From an uncultured Candidatus Nitrosopumilus sp. (GTDB taxonomy: Archaea; Thermoproteota; Nitrososphaeria; Nitrososphaerales; Nitrosopumilaceae), in the NCBI GenBank assembly GCA_951812655.1, contig OX638319.1, positions 1,155,620-1,187,619 on the forward strand: a DNA stretch of 32,000 nucleotides, in the 5' to 3' direction. The stretch's first letter is position 1; each line of letters begins with the position of its first letter. Under the pieces are notes generated by a model that had not been told where the DNA came from, searched no databases, and saw only the letters and a program-made list of their open reading frames with translations. Below, one piece after another: positions 17,568 to 26,913 of the stretch. Both the position numbers and the translations under genes were made by a program.

Positions 17568-18125
17568 ATGAAACTCGTTGTGGGAATCACTGGCAGTACT
17601 GGTGTGATCTACGGTATCCGAGTGCTTGAAACTCTCAAAAAATTAAAAATTGAATCGCATTTGATTATGTCTGAATGGGGACAAAAATGCATTTCTATGG
17701 AAACCGACTATTCGGTTGATTATGTAAAATCCTTGGCTGATAATGTTTCTGATGAAAAAAACATGGCATCTAGTGTTTCAAGTGGGACACACAGGATTGA
17801 TGGAATGGTAGTTGCTCCATGCAGCATGAAAACGTTGGCAGCAATTGCAAATGGATATGATGACACGCTTGTCGCAAGAGCCGCAGGCGTGACAATCAAA
17901 GAATCCAGAAAACTGATTCTAATGGTTAGAGAGACTCCACTATCTGCAATTCATTTGGAGAACATGTTGAAACTTTCCAGATTGGGAATTGTGATCTTGC
18001 CACCTGTAACTGAATTCTATACTCATCCAAAATCTGTAGATGACATTGTAAATCACGTTGTTGGAAAATGCTTGGATCAGTTTGACATCGAGCACAGTTT
18101 ATACCCTAGGTGGGGAAGCTGCTAA
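17568..18125 (+). CDS. ubiX: Flavin prenyltransferase UbiX (185 aa from ATG 17568)
   Basis: MKLVVGITGSTG at the N-terminus and VVAPCSMKTLAAIANG match the UbiX/Pad1 family. The 39-aa extension upstream of 17568 in the track ORF is not UbiX-like. Confidence 0.9.
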   Translation: MKLVVGITGSTGVIYGIRVLETLKKLKIESHLIMSEWGQKCISMETDYSVDYVKSLADNVSDEKNMASSVSSGTHRIDGMVVAPCSMKTLAAIANGYDDTLVARAAGVTIKESRKLILMVRETPLSAIHLENMLKLSRLGIVILPPVTEFYTHPKSVDDIVNHVVGKCLDQFDIEHSLYPRWGSC

Positions 18126-18132
18126 AACGACT

Positions 18133-18561
18133 TTGGCAAGATTTTCATCCGAAATCATAGTTGAAGCCAAACGAGATCGTGTTTATGATATTTTTTCAGA
18201 CTATGGGAACTATCAAAATATAGTTCCTCAGCATTTCCCTTCTGTAAGAATTCGTTCTGTACGTGGTGATTTGGCCGTTGTAGAGGAGCACATCAATCTT
18301 GGCTCCACTGAGATGCTTGTCATGGCAAGGCACGTCTCAAAAAAACCCGTTTTACATGAAGTCTTTATCATTGGCGGTGATGCAAAAGGAAGTCACATCA
18401 AGCATGAATTCATCGAATTGGATGGGTACACAAAGGTACTCATTGACGTTGATTTCAAGTTCAAGGGAAAAATGAAAATCTCTCACATGTTTGGTAGAAA
18501 CGATGTCATGCGAGACTATGATGCGATAGTGAGTGATTTTGCAAAAATCGCTGAAAACTGA
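18133..18561 (+). CDS. SRPBCC (START/polyketide cyclase-like) superfamily protein; start ambiguous (TTG 18133 or ATG 18058)
   Basis: About 140 aa. FSSEIIVEAKRDRVYDIFSDYGNYQNIVPQ resembles an SRPBCC N-terminus. The ATG at 18058 would overlap ubiX by 68 nt. Confidence 0.65.
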   Translation: MARFSSEIIVEAKRDRVYDIFSDYGNYQNIVPQHFPSVRIRSVRGDLAVVEEHINLGSTEMLVMARHVSKKPVLHEVFIIGGDAKGSHIKHEFIELDGYTKVLIDVDFKFKGKMKISHMFGRNDVMRDYDAIVSDFAKIAEN

Positions 18562-18562
18562 A

Positions 18563-18763
18563 CTATTTCATTTCTTTATCTTTGGAGACGCTGTCTATCT
18601 CTTCTTGAAAGTTCTTTAGATCCTTGTCCGCCTCTATCTTTCCTTTTTCAAATTCCCCTTTGGCTTTTCCAAATGTCTTTGCCAGCTCGGGTATTTTCTT
18701 TGCGCCAAATATCAATACGCCAATTACCACAACTAAGACTATGATTTCGGTACTTCCAAGCAT
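18563..18763 (-). CDS. tatA: Twin-arginine translocase subunit TatA/E (66 aa)
   Basis: One TM helix, then the hinge FGAKKIPELAKTFGKA, an amphipathic helix and an acidic tail. Lies adjacent to tatC. Confidence 0.85.
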   Translation of the reverse strand: MLGSTEIIVLVVVIGVLIFGAKKIPELAKTFGKAKGEFEKGKIEADKDLKNFQEEIDSVSKDKEMK

Positions 18764-18790
18764 TGTACTCGTACTTCGCTTATTTCAGAT

Positions 18791-19582
18791 TTAAGTGTTC
18801 AACTTCTTGCGTTCTTTACGCTCTATGAGAAGCATGCCTGCGGCATAAAGTGCAATCATCGGTCCGGCAACAAAGATCATCGTCACGCCGGTTCCATCTG
18901 GAGTGATGATTGCGCCAAATATGACGATGATCACTATTGCGTATCGGATGTTTTTCCGCCAAAAATCACTGTCTACCATTTCTGATGCTGATATCGCGTA
19001 CATGACAAGTGGAAGTTGAAATGAAAAACCGAATGCCAGTAAAAATTGTAATACAAAAGTCACAAATTCCATTACGTTTAGAAATGTAACTAACCCTGCG
19101 CCTTCGCCATACCTGTAAAGAAATTCAAGCATGTATGGGATGACAAAGTTGTACGAAAACACGCAGCCTGCAATAAACAATCCAAGAGCTGGAAGTGAAA
19201 TCGTCCTGCTTACGTTGATCTCATTTTCTTTTAGGGCTGGTTTGATGAATCCTACTAGTTCTTTGATGATCACGGGCATTCCTGCCACCACGCCAACTAA
19301 TGCTGCAACATACATTTGAGCAAAGAACGCCTGTCCCGGAGCAGTCTGAATGAGCTGTACTCCTTCCGGAACAAGGTTGAATCTCATATGACTTGTAATC
19401 TGTGCTGCGATGTTGTGCAGCGGTTCTGGAGTGGGATAATACAAAGTAAATTGAGCAATATGAAATGGTTCTGCGTGGAATGTTAAAAGAAACACGCTGA
19501 TTGCGCCGATGACCAACACAATTCTGAGCAGTCGCTTTCTTAGCTCTTCTAAATGTTTGTTGATACCATCCAATTCGGACAT
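18791..19582 (-). CDS. tatC: Twin-arginine translocase subunit TatC (263 aa)
   Basis: N-terminal HLEELRKRL motif, six TM segments, typical length. Confidence 0.92.
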   Translation of the reverse strand: MSELDGINKHLEELRKRLLRIVLVIGAISVFLLTFHAEPFHIAQFTLYYPTPEPLHNIAAQITSHMRFNLVPEGVQLIQTAPGQAFFAQMYVAALVGVVAGMPVIIKELVGFIKPALKENEINVSRTISLPALGLFIAGCVFSYNFVIPYMLEFLYRYGEGAGLVTFLNVMEFVTFVLQFLLAFGFSFQLPLVMYAISASEMVDSDFWRKNIRYAIVIIVIFGAIITPDGTGVTMIFVAGPMIALYAAGMLLIERKERKKLNT

Positions 19583-19612
19583 CTGATATCTTTGCGTTTT
19601 AAACTATATCAA

Positions 19613-20080
19613 TTATGTGGGAATTGGCAACAACTTTGCCTCGGGCAGACCCGCATCTTTGAGCTGTTCTTGTGTGAGATTCTCAAATTCCAAAGAAATG
19701 ATTGCCTTTGCATTGAATTTTGATTCCATCTCCTGTGCGAGTGTGCCGATATCTTTGGCAGAATAGATTTCTTTTGAGCCCTTGAGGATCACTCTGTCTC
19801 CTTTTTCCATGTCCTTGCCCTCGTATTTTCCCTGGAGAAAATTGGTGATTGCGGGGAGCTCCTTTCTGTCAATGTTGTTGTGAAAATAGCAAATTCCGTT
19901 AATTGACTCGTAGTCATAAGCGGTTCCGTGTCTATACATGAAAACTCCTATGAAGTGAGCCTCATCTTCTGGTTCTCTTACACACTTGATTTCCCAGTTT
20001 AGTAATTTACTCTCATCATATGAGTATGTGACCATCTCGTCTGATGTAATTTTCCAATACCTTGATCTTCCTTTAGCCAT
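19613..20080 (-). CDS. Hypothetical protein (155 aa)
   Basis: Clean ORF 30 nt upstream of tatC on the same strand. No motif recognised. Confidence 0.6.
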   Translation of the reverse strand: MAKGRSRYWKITSDEMVTYSYDESKLLNWEIKCVREPEDEAHFIGVFMYRHGTAYDYESINGICYFHNNIDRKELPAITNFLQGKYEGKDMEKGDRVILKGSKEIYSAKDIGTLAQEMESKFNAKAIISLEFENLTQEQLKDAGLPEAKLLPIPT

Positions 20081-20336
20081 GTGCTCTATTGATAATTATT
20101 CTGATATAAATTCCATATACATGGAAGTAACCTGTCATCCTCTTCTCTTTTATAGTAAGTTGACATAATTTGTGACTAAACACGGTACTGTTAGTGTCCA
20201 GATAACACATGACCTCCTAATTGCGTTTTAACTTCTTTTTTCCATTTCTAAATTTGTGAATAATTCCAATCTCTTTTTATCTTATATGAAAAAATGGTTC
20301 GTAATCTAAAACAAAAATTTTTCAAGATCCTTTTTC

Positions 20337-20735
20337 ATGTTTAATTTAATGGAACTATCAAAAAACTCTCTATTTCCAATCCCCATTGATGACTATCCGA
20401 AATTATTTGACTATGTATTGTCTACACAAGGTTTAATCTATTTTCATAATCTGAAGAGAGATTATGTACTGGGTAGGAATCTGAATTTGGATGAATACAA
20501 TAAGTTGAGATTACTCTACGTCTATTATGCCACTTCCAATCGAAATCCTGTAGAAGTATCTGTATGGCAGGATATTTGCAAAACTCTTGATGAAAAAAGA
20601 ATCTTTGAAAAAAACATGTATCAGTCAAAAGAAGATTTGAAAAAAGAGACGTTGATTTTGCCAAACCCAGAATACCGTTCTGGATATTATAGAAAACACG
20701 TGGAGTTTGTGAAAGAAAAAATGAAGTCCCAGTAA
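20337..20735 (+). CDS. Hypothetical protein (132 aa)
   Basis: The plus ORF has more protein-like composition than the overlapping minus ORF 20422-20754. Confidence 0.5.
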   Translation: MFNLMELSKNSLFPIPIDDYPKLFDYVLSTQGLIYFHNLKRDYVLGRNLNLDEYNKLRLLYVYYATSNRNPVEVSVWQDICKTLDEKRIFEKNMYQSKEDLKKETLILPNPEYRSGYYRKHVEFVKEKMKSQ

Positions 20736-20859
20736 CTTGATTACCTGTACCCAAGTTTCAATAATTACTGCAACAAAAATTGCACCCTTCATCTTTTTCT
20801 CTAATGTTCCAAAATCATTCGTAAGATAGATTAACCTCTTGTGTGTCTGTCAATTTGGA

Positions 20860-21120
20860 ATGGCAACTTTTAATGTCCATGTGATCATCGAAAACAAACC
20901 TGGAATTAGTGATCCTGAGGGAGAAACCATTCTTAACGATTTAGTTCTAAAGGGAACACACAAAACAGTTTCTAAAATAAAAGCCGCTAAAATGTTGAAA
21001 TTCACAATTCGTGAAAAAGACAAGGATGCAGCCCAGTCGAAAGTTCAAGACATCTGTGATGACCTGAGAATATACAATCCCATGGTTAGTAAAGTTACGA
21101 TTCAGGTTTTTGAAGAATGA
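20860..21120 (+). CDS. purS: Phosphoribosylformylglycinamidine synthase subunit PurS (86 aa from ATG 20860)
   Basis: The size and KPGISDPEGETILNDL fit the PurS pattern (DPqG). Lies upstream of purQ-purL. Confidence 0.85.
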   Translation: MATFNVHVIIENKPGISDPEGETILNDLVLKGTHKTVSKIKAAKMLKFTIREKDKDAAQSKVQDICDDLRIYNPMVSKVTIQVFEE

Positions 21121-21281
21121 TTTAATACAAACGCATATCTGATGAGCTTTCACTATGTGTGTAAATCATGATCACATTTTTTTCATGTCTCTGAACCAAA
21201 GTCTAGCGATCAAGTTTCTTTTAGAAATAAGGATTTTTCCTGTCTGAATCAGATTAAATATCTCTGGGTATTGAATAAATT

Positions 21282-21962
21282 GTGAAAGTAGCTGTTATAG
21301 TTTTTCCTGGTAGTAATTGCGATCGTGATATGTATCATGTTCTAACTGATGTGTTTGATCTTGATGCCCAATACTTTTGGCATGAAAAAGGACTTCCCAA
21401 AAACATTGATGCTGTAATCCTTCCTGGGGGATTCTCCTACGGTGACAGGTTACGAGCGGGTGTCATTGCAGCTCACAGCCCCATAATTAAAGATGTTCAA
21501 AAGATGTCGGAAAAAGGAATCCCTGTTTTGGGTGTGTGCAACGGGTTTCAAATCCTTGTGGAATCTGGACTGCTTCCTGGAGTTTTACTCAAAAATGAGT
21601 CTCTGAATTTCATGTGTGAGTGGACTGACCTTGTAGTTGAAAACAACAAAACCCCCTTTACAAATCAGTTTAAGAAAAATGAAAAAATCCCAATCCCAAT
21701 TGCAAATGGCGAGGGAAGATACTTTGCAGATGATGACACGCTAAAACATCTCAAGAAGAATAATCAAATCGTATTTAGATACGGTAATTCTGTTAATGGT
21801 TCATCAAACCAAATTGCAGGCGTATGCAACGAGGATGGAAACGTAGTTGGAATGATGCCTCATCCTGAAAGGGCAGTTGAATCAGAAATAAATCCAAAAG
21901 ACAGCAAGCCTTCATCCCTTATCTTCGAATCTCTGTTGACTGAAATGGGGGTAGGTAATTGA
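21282..21962 (+). CDS. purQ: Phosphoribosylformylglycinamidine synthase I, glutaminase subunit PurQ
   Basis: Contains GVCNGFQ (nucleophile Cys) and MPHPER. Uses a GTG start. Overlaps purL by 4 nt. Confidence 0.93.
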   Translation: MKVAVIVFPGSNCDRDMYHVLTDVFDLDAQYFWHEKGLPKNIDAVILPGGFSYGDRLRAGVIAAHSPIIKDVQKMSEKGIPVLGVCNGFQILVESGLLPGVLLKNESLNFMCEWTDLVVENNKTPFTNQFKKNEKIPIPIANGEGRYFADDDTLKHLKKNNQIVFRYGNSVNGSSNQIAGVCNEDGNVVGMMPHPERAVESEINPKDSKPSSLIFESLLTEMGVGN

Positions 21963-24136
21963 GTCTGGACGAGCAGGAACTATCCGAGCTCAAGTCAAAA
22001 ATAGGACGGGAGCCAACTTCCACTGAGCTCAACATCGTAGCTGCAGAATGGTCCGAACACTGTTCATACAAATCTTCAAAGAGGCATCTCAAAATGCTTC
22101 CGATGACTGGCCCACTCATAATTAACGAAAAAGGATATGACTCAGGGGTTTTGGATGTCGGTGACGGATATGTTGTCACCGCCCACATAGAAAGTCACAA
22201 TCATCCGTCAGCTGTGGAACCTTACGGCGGTGCTGCAACCGGAGTTGGAGGAGTCATCAGAGACATCCTGTCTGCAGGAACCAGACCTATTGCACTGTTT
22301 GACGGATTAAGATTTGGAGACGTTGAAAAAGATCTGCAAGCAAGATGGCTGTTCAAGAATGCGGTGACCGGAGTTGCAGATTATGGCAACTGCTTGGGAA
22401 TCCCAACTATTGGGGGAGAGGTTGAGTTTGACGAATGTTATGAAAATTATGCTCTGGTAGATGTCGCTGCATTGGGATTCGGTAAAAAAGAAAATCTGAT
22501 CAAAAACCATGCCAAAAAAGGAGATTTGGTCGTGTTGATGGGCGGCTCTACTGGAAGAGATGGTATAGGTGGCTCTCAATTTGCGTCGGATTCACTGGAA
22601 TCTGAAAATCGTTCCGCTGTTCAAATACCTGATCCATTTATTGAAAAATTGATTATAGAGGCAGTCTTGGAGGCTCGGAATGGCAATCTGATACATGCCA
22701 TGAAGGATCTTGGAGGTGGCGGACTTTCTTGCGCAGTTTCTGAAACCGCAGATGCCCTTGAAATTGGGATAGAAATGGACGTCAACAAGGTACACGCGCG
22801 AGAGTCCGACATGGTTCCTGAGGAAATTATGGTTTCTGAATCTCAGGAAAGAATGCTGATTATCACTAGTCCTGCAAAGCTAAAAAAACTGGAAAAAATT
22901 TGCAAGAAATTCAGTATCGCGTGTTCTGTAATTGGCCATGTGAAATTTGATAGTCACATGCATGTTAAAAAAGGCAAGAAAACAGTTGCTCATCTTCCAA
23001 CAGGTGTAGTTGCAAATGCAACGCTGCTTGACTTGCCTTCTAGAGAGCCGGAGTATCTGAAAACAATTGAGACTGAAAAGAAATTCCGACCAATTTCAAA
23101 TTGTTCCAAAACCCTAATGAAATTAGTTGCATCGCCCAACATTGCAAGCAAGATTTGGGTCTATCAGCAATATGATCACGAGGTGGGGATTAGAACCGTG
23201 GTAAAACCTGGCAGTGACGCATCCGTGTTGCGACTGGACAACGGAAAATATCTTTCCGCCAAAATCGATGGCAATCCCAAGCAGTGTTACATCAATCCTC
23301 GTGAAGGGGCTATTGGGTGCTTTGAGGAGGCATGTAGAAACGTTGTTTGTACTGGTGCAAGACCAATAGGAATGCTTGATCATCTCCAGTTTGGAAATCC
23401 AAACGATCCGGAAATATTCTGGACTTTTTTGGAATCCCTGAAGGGTCTCACGGACTTTGCAAAGTTCTTTGAGATCCCATGCGTTGGAGGAAAGGTTAGC
23501 CTATTCAATGAGACTCCTGTAGGTCCAATAAAGCCAACTCCGGTGATTGGGGTTCTGGGACTGATTGAAAAAAAATTACATCGTCCTCAAAAGACCTCCA
23601 AAGGTGACTATTTGATCATAGTTGGTGACACAAAAGACGAGATGGGCGGTTCGGAATTCTTTGAATACGTTCACAAGTTTGTCGGTGGCAAATGCCCTGT
23701 GGTTGACTTTGAGGATTCTAAAAAGCACATGGATTCAGTTCTGAATCTGATAGACGGTGACCTTGTAAAGTCTGTTCATGATTGCTCAAAGGGGGGATTG
23801 GCAGTAGCAGCATCCGAGTTATGCATGACAAATCAAATCGGCTGTGATATTTCGTTGGATAAAGTTCCTAACAAAAACCTGGCAGATGACCGCATTCTGT
23901 TCTCTGAAAGCCATTCCAGGTATATTTTGACCGTCGAAAAGAAAAATCTTAAGGCGTCTGAGAACTTTCTAAAAGAGAACCATGTTTCGTTCAAGCGCAT
24001 TGGCAAATTTGGCGGTGAAAACATTCAGTTCTCAAATAAAGGAAAATCTGTCATAGATCTGAGAGTTGATAAGGCGAAAAAAGCTTGGTTAAACTCGTTA
24101 CGAGAATTGATAATTGATGGTAAAATTCGCACATAG
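21959..24136 (+). CDS. purL: Phosphoribosylformylglycinamidine synthase II, PurL (725 aa)
   Basis: Contains EWSEHCSYKSSK, GGVIRD and DLGGGGLS motifs. The length is typical of small-type PurL. Confidence 0.95.
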   Translation: MSLDEQELSELKSKIGREPTSTELNIVAAEWSEHCSYKSSKRHLKMLPMTGPLIINEKGYDSGVLDVGDGYVVTAHIESHNHPSAVEPYGGAATGVGGVIRDILSAGTRPIALFDGLRFGDVEKDLQARWLFKNAVTGVADYGNCLGIPTIGGEVEFDECYENYALVDVAALGFGKKENLIKNHAKKGDLVVLMGGSTGRDGIGGSQFASDSLESENRSAVQIPDPFIEKLIIEAVLEARNGNLIHAMKDLGGGGLSCAVSETADALEIGIEMDVNKVHARESDMVPEEIMVSESQERMLIITSPAKLKKLEKICKKFSIACSVIGHVKFDSHMHVKKGKKTVAHLPTGVVANATLLDLPSREPEYLKTIETEKKFRPISNCSKTLMKLVASPNIASKIWVYQQYDHEVGIRTVVKPGSDASVLRLDNGKYLSAKIDGNPKQCYINPREGAIGCFEEACRNVVCTGARPIGMLDHLQFGNPNDPEIFWTFLESLKGLTDFAKFFEIPCVGGKVSLFNETPVGPIKPTPVIGVLGLIEKKLHRPQKTSKGDYLIIVGDTKDEMGGSEFFEYVHKFVGGKCPVVDFEDSKKHMDSVLNLIDGDLVKSVHDCSKGGLAVAASELCMTNQIGCDISLDKVPNKNLADDRILFSESHSRYILTVEKKNLKASENFLKENHVSFKRIGKFGGENIQFSNKGKSVIDLRVDKAKKAWLNSLRELIIDGKIRT

Positions 24137-24238
24137 AAGAACACTATCCATATCCAAAATTCAAAACAGTTCACTGTAAGAGAAATTAAAAAAAGAGTTT
24201 GATTACCATAAAAAATAAATTAAAAAGAAAAGAAAAAA

Positions 24239-24541
24239 CTAGTTTGTTGGGTTCATCAATGCTGCACGTTCCTTTGTCTTTTGATCAACCAAAGCGTTGA
24301 CATACTGACCTGGCTGTGCATTGCAATTGCCGATGTTTACCGCGTAACCATCCCTGGTTTCAGCAACACATCCCTCATCTGTCACTGCTATGATCTTGAC
24401 TAGTTCCGTTGTTTCTGCTGGTGCAGTATAGAACATCAGATATGCAAAAAGTAAACCTGCCACGAGTGCGATTACTCCTGCTATGATCAGAGTGGTGCTT
24501 TTACCCGACTTTTTGTCAGTGCGATTATTTATTGCAGACAT
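24239..24541 (-). CDS. Membrane-anchored small protein (100 aa), two Cys in the ectodomain
   Basis: N-terminal TM helix LIIAGVIALVAGLLFAYLMF, followed by a soluble domain with C...C. A T-rich tract follows the stop on the minus strand. Confidence 0.6.
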   Translation of the reverse strand: MSAINNRTDKKSGKSTTLIIAGVIALVAGLLFAYLMFYTAPAETTELVKIIAVTDEGCVAETRDGYAVNIGNCNAQPGQYVNALVDQKTKERAALMNPTN

Positions 24542-24674
24542 GCTTTACTTTAGTCCAAATTAGTTATAAGGCGAGCAGACCTTTTCCATTGCTAGCTTTC
24601 ACATGTGGAAACTGTGTGTGACAATTGCTTCATCATGCTATATCTCATTTTCATTTATTCTCAATGATGGAAAA

Positions 24675-24830
24675 ATGTTAGAACAAAAACAAAAAGAAAA
24701 GAAACCGCTTCGAATGGCGATGTGGGAAATGGTGTCTGCGGGAGCATGTGGTATTTGTCATATTTTACATCCCTTCGATGAAATTGAGTGGATGCTAAAA
24801 TCGAATCCAAGATGGGTCGAAATGGTTTAG
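24675..24830 (+). CDS. Possible small protein (51 aa from ATG 24675)
   Basis: Part of track ORF 24603-24830. Weak evidence only. Confidence 0.25.
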   Translation: MLEQKQKEKKPLRMAMWEMVSAGACGICHILHPFDEIEWMLKSNPRWVEMV

Positions 24831-24880
24831 TCATGATTCCATCCTTTTTTTTGATTTTTTAATCAAAATTAATTATGAGG

Positions 24881-25270
24881 CTACTTTGAATTCTCGATAA
24901 TCCTGATTAGGTTGTTCTCGATTTCTTCTCCCGAAAATTTGAGACTGTTGTCCGAAGCCATGGAAAGCAGGGATGTCGGCCTTGCTAAGCTAATGAAATT
25001 CTCATCGTCCTTTTTATATACTGCTATGGTGCACGGCAGCAGCAATCCCAAATCTGGATTTGCCTCTAGCACCTGTTTTGCCAGATTGGGATGGCATACC
25101 TCCATTAGCTTGTAGTCGTTTGAAAAATTCAGTCCTTTAGCGGTCAGTATTCTCTTAAAATCCAATGTTTCCAGCAATCCAAAGCCGATCTCTTTGATGT
25201 TTTCAGTAATTGCCGCAATCGCATCATCGATATTTTTTTTGGTTTTTACTGTGTGGGTAAAACTCATCAT
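24881..25270 (-). CDS. DUF302 domain protein (about 129 aa from ATG 25270)
   Basis: IGFGLLETLDF...LMEVCHPNLA...LLLPCTIAVYKKD matches the DUF302 pattern. The 71-aa N-terminal extension in the track ORF is hydrophobic junk overlapping the divergent gene. Confidence 0.8.
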   Translation of the reverse strand: MMSFTHTVKTKKNIDDAIAAITENIKEIGFGLLETLDFKRILTAKGLNFSNDYKLMEVCHPNLAKQVLEANPDLGLLLPCTIAVYKKDDENFISLARPTSLLSMASDNSLKFSGEEIENNLIRIIENSK

Positions 25271-25370
25271 ACATGTTACGTTTCTGAATGCTATATTACA
25301 GAAATACGATTTCCACCATTGGGAATTATTGATGGAAAATGTGTTTTGGTATAATAGTAAAATATGAAAC

Positions 25371-26111
25371 ATGAATTTCATGCAAACAAAAAACATTGGA
25401 ATTATTGCATTGATAGTAATTGGAAGTGCGGTAGTTGGTATAATGGGTGCAACAACAAGTTCAGTACAAAATAATGCAGACATCTATGCAGTAAATCCAG
25501 ATACACTTGATGTGTTGCTTCAAAACAAAGAACATGTTTTAGCTGTTGACATTAGGACTGCCGAAAAATACCAATCGGGACATCTATACGGTGCATCACA
25601 TGATCTCTTGGATTCTGTAACACTTGAAAAGCGAGTGAAAACTATTCAGAGCAGATTGCCTGAGGTGACCTCCACATACAATTTTGTCTTAATTGATGAT
25701 GATGGAACCAAGGCAAAGCAGGTATCTCAAAACATGACTGATATGGGAATGCATGCATTCTATCTCAAGGGTGGAATGAATGATGTCTCTGAAAATATCG
25801 TGTATAGTTCCCAAACGATGATTGATTCCGAAGAATTGGCAGATCTACTTACCATTGGTGAGGATCTGTACTTGCTTGATGTAAGGCAGCCTGATGAGTT
25901 ACTAAAATCCAAAATTGACGGATCAGTTAACATTCCTCTTGCAGAGATATTTCAGCCTAACGGCATGAATGGCATTCCTACTGATAAACCTGTAGTAGTC
26001 ATCTGCGGTTCTGGCAATAGGGCAACTATTGCATCTTACATGCTTGCTCAGGAAGGGATTGACTTTCGAATTCTTGAAGGCGGCATGAATTCTTGGAATT
26101 CCAAATCCTAG
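25371..26111 (+). CDS. Membrane-anchored tandem rhodanese-domain sulfurtransferase-like protein (246 aa)
   Basis: N-terminal TM helix, then two rhodanese-like halves. The second has the active-site loop VVVICGSGNRA. The first lacks the Cys (VLIDDDGTKA). Confidence 0.85.
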   Translation: MNFMQTKNIGIIALIVIGSAVVGIMGATTSSVQNNADIYAVNPDTLDVLLQNKEHVLAVDIRTAEKYQSGHLYGASHDLLDSVTLEKRVKTIQSRLPEVTSTYNFVLIDDDGTKAKQVSQNMTDMGMHAFYLKGGMNDVSENIVYSSQTMIDSEELADLLTIGEDLYLLDVRQPDELLKSKIDGSVNIPLAEIFQPNGMNGIPTDKPVVVICGSGNRATIASYMLAQEGIDFRILEGGMNSWNSKS

Positions 26112-26165
26112 AAAATACAAGAATGTGAATTCTCTGACTCTTTCTTTTTTCTTTTAAATCAAGAT

Positions 26166-26175
26166 TATATTATAT
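26166..26175 (+). promoter_or_regulatory. TATA-like box (TATATTATAT) for the 26199 gene
   Basis: Lies about 24-33 nt upstream of the ATG at 26199. Confidence 0.3.
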
Positions 26176-26198
26176 CATGTAGTTCATGTTTGTAGTAC

Positions 26199-26549
26199 AT
26201 GGCTGACTTCAAAATCCTGGCAAATGATTCTCCTCTTAGAAAGGCCATTCTCAAGGCACTATCTGACAATTATTCTAGAACCATAATGAATGCCACAATT
26301 GAGAAATCAAAATCTGTAGTTGATCTTGTAAAGGAATGTGACATACCTATGACTACTGCATACAGGCGTATTCATGAACTAGAAGAAAACAAAATTCTCA
26401 AAGTTACCGGGGCAATAGTCACAGATGATGGAAAAAAATTCTACCTTTATCAAAACAGAATAAAGTCAATATATGTCACGTTTGGTCTTGAATCCTTGGA
26501 CGTGCAAATTGTAGATAACGATGGCATGGGCACTAGTGCCTATTGGTAG
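26199..26549 (+). CDS. ArsR-like winged-helix transcriptional regulator (116 aa)
   Basis: RKAILKALSD...SVVDLVKECDIPMTTAYRRIHELEENKIL has an HTH pattern. Confidence 0.7.
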   Translation: MADFKILANDSPLRKAILKALSDNYSRTIMNATIEKSKSVVDLVKECDIPMTTAYRRIHELEENKILKVTGAIVTDDGKKFYLYQNRIKSIYVTFGLESLDVQIVDNDGMGTSAYW

Positions 26550-26755
26550 TATTTGGATTCAGTTCTTCTTTGCTTTGATATTCTGTTTCTTGCTCTGGTT
26601 CTCAGGATCGTCTTGCAGCAGGGACATCTTGATTCGGATGTCTCGATGAATAGGCCACAATTGGTGCAACGCTTTTGACCTTTGTCATATCTTTTGCCAT
26701 TGCTCATTACAGGACCTTGTGAGTAAACACAGATTCCTTTGCATTCTGCCACCAT
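26540..26755 (-). CDS. Zinc-ribbon protein (71 aa) with basic C-terminal tail
   Basis: Contains CKGIC...CTNCG...CPCC, then RTRARNRISKQRR. Confidence 0.6.
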   Translation of the reverse strand: MVAECKGICVYSQGPVMSNGKRYDKGQKRCTNCGLFIETSESRCPCCKTILRTRARNRISKQRRTESKYYQ

Positions 26756-26757
26756 TT

Positions 26758-26913
26758 TTATTCAAAGCTCCACAGGGAACCGCAACATACGCAGATAATC
26801 CCAAATTGATTAGTGTTTATTTTGTGACTGCCGCATATCATGCATCTTTTTGTCATCCTTGCATAAAATTCTATATTTTTCACAAATCTTGGATCTTCCA
26901 ATTTCATTTTCAT
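26758..26913 (-). CDS. Possible second small zinc-ribbon protein (51 aa), below the ORF-track cutoff
   Basis: My translation is MKMKLEDPRFVKNIEFYARMTKRCMICGSHKINTNQFGIICVCCGSLWSFE, with a CxxC...CxCC pattern. Its stop lies 2 nt before the ATG of the 71-aa zinc-ribbon gene. Confidence 0.35.
   Translation of the reverse strand: MKMKLEDPRFVKNIEFYARMTKRCMICGSHKINTNQFGIICVCCGSLWSFE

Noticed and set aside
22307-24024. Minus-strand ORFs inside purL (22307-22579, 22592-22812, 23123-23383, 23833-24024) and 21919-22188 across purQ/purL
   Set aside because: They are shadows of the confidently identified purQ-purL frames.
25271-25483. 71-aa N-terminal extension of the DUF302 ORF
   Set aside because: The DUF302 domain starts at MMSFTH (25270). 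The extension overlaps the divergent rhodanese gene and looks like its antisense.
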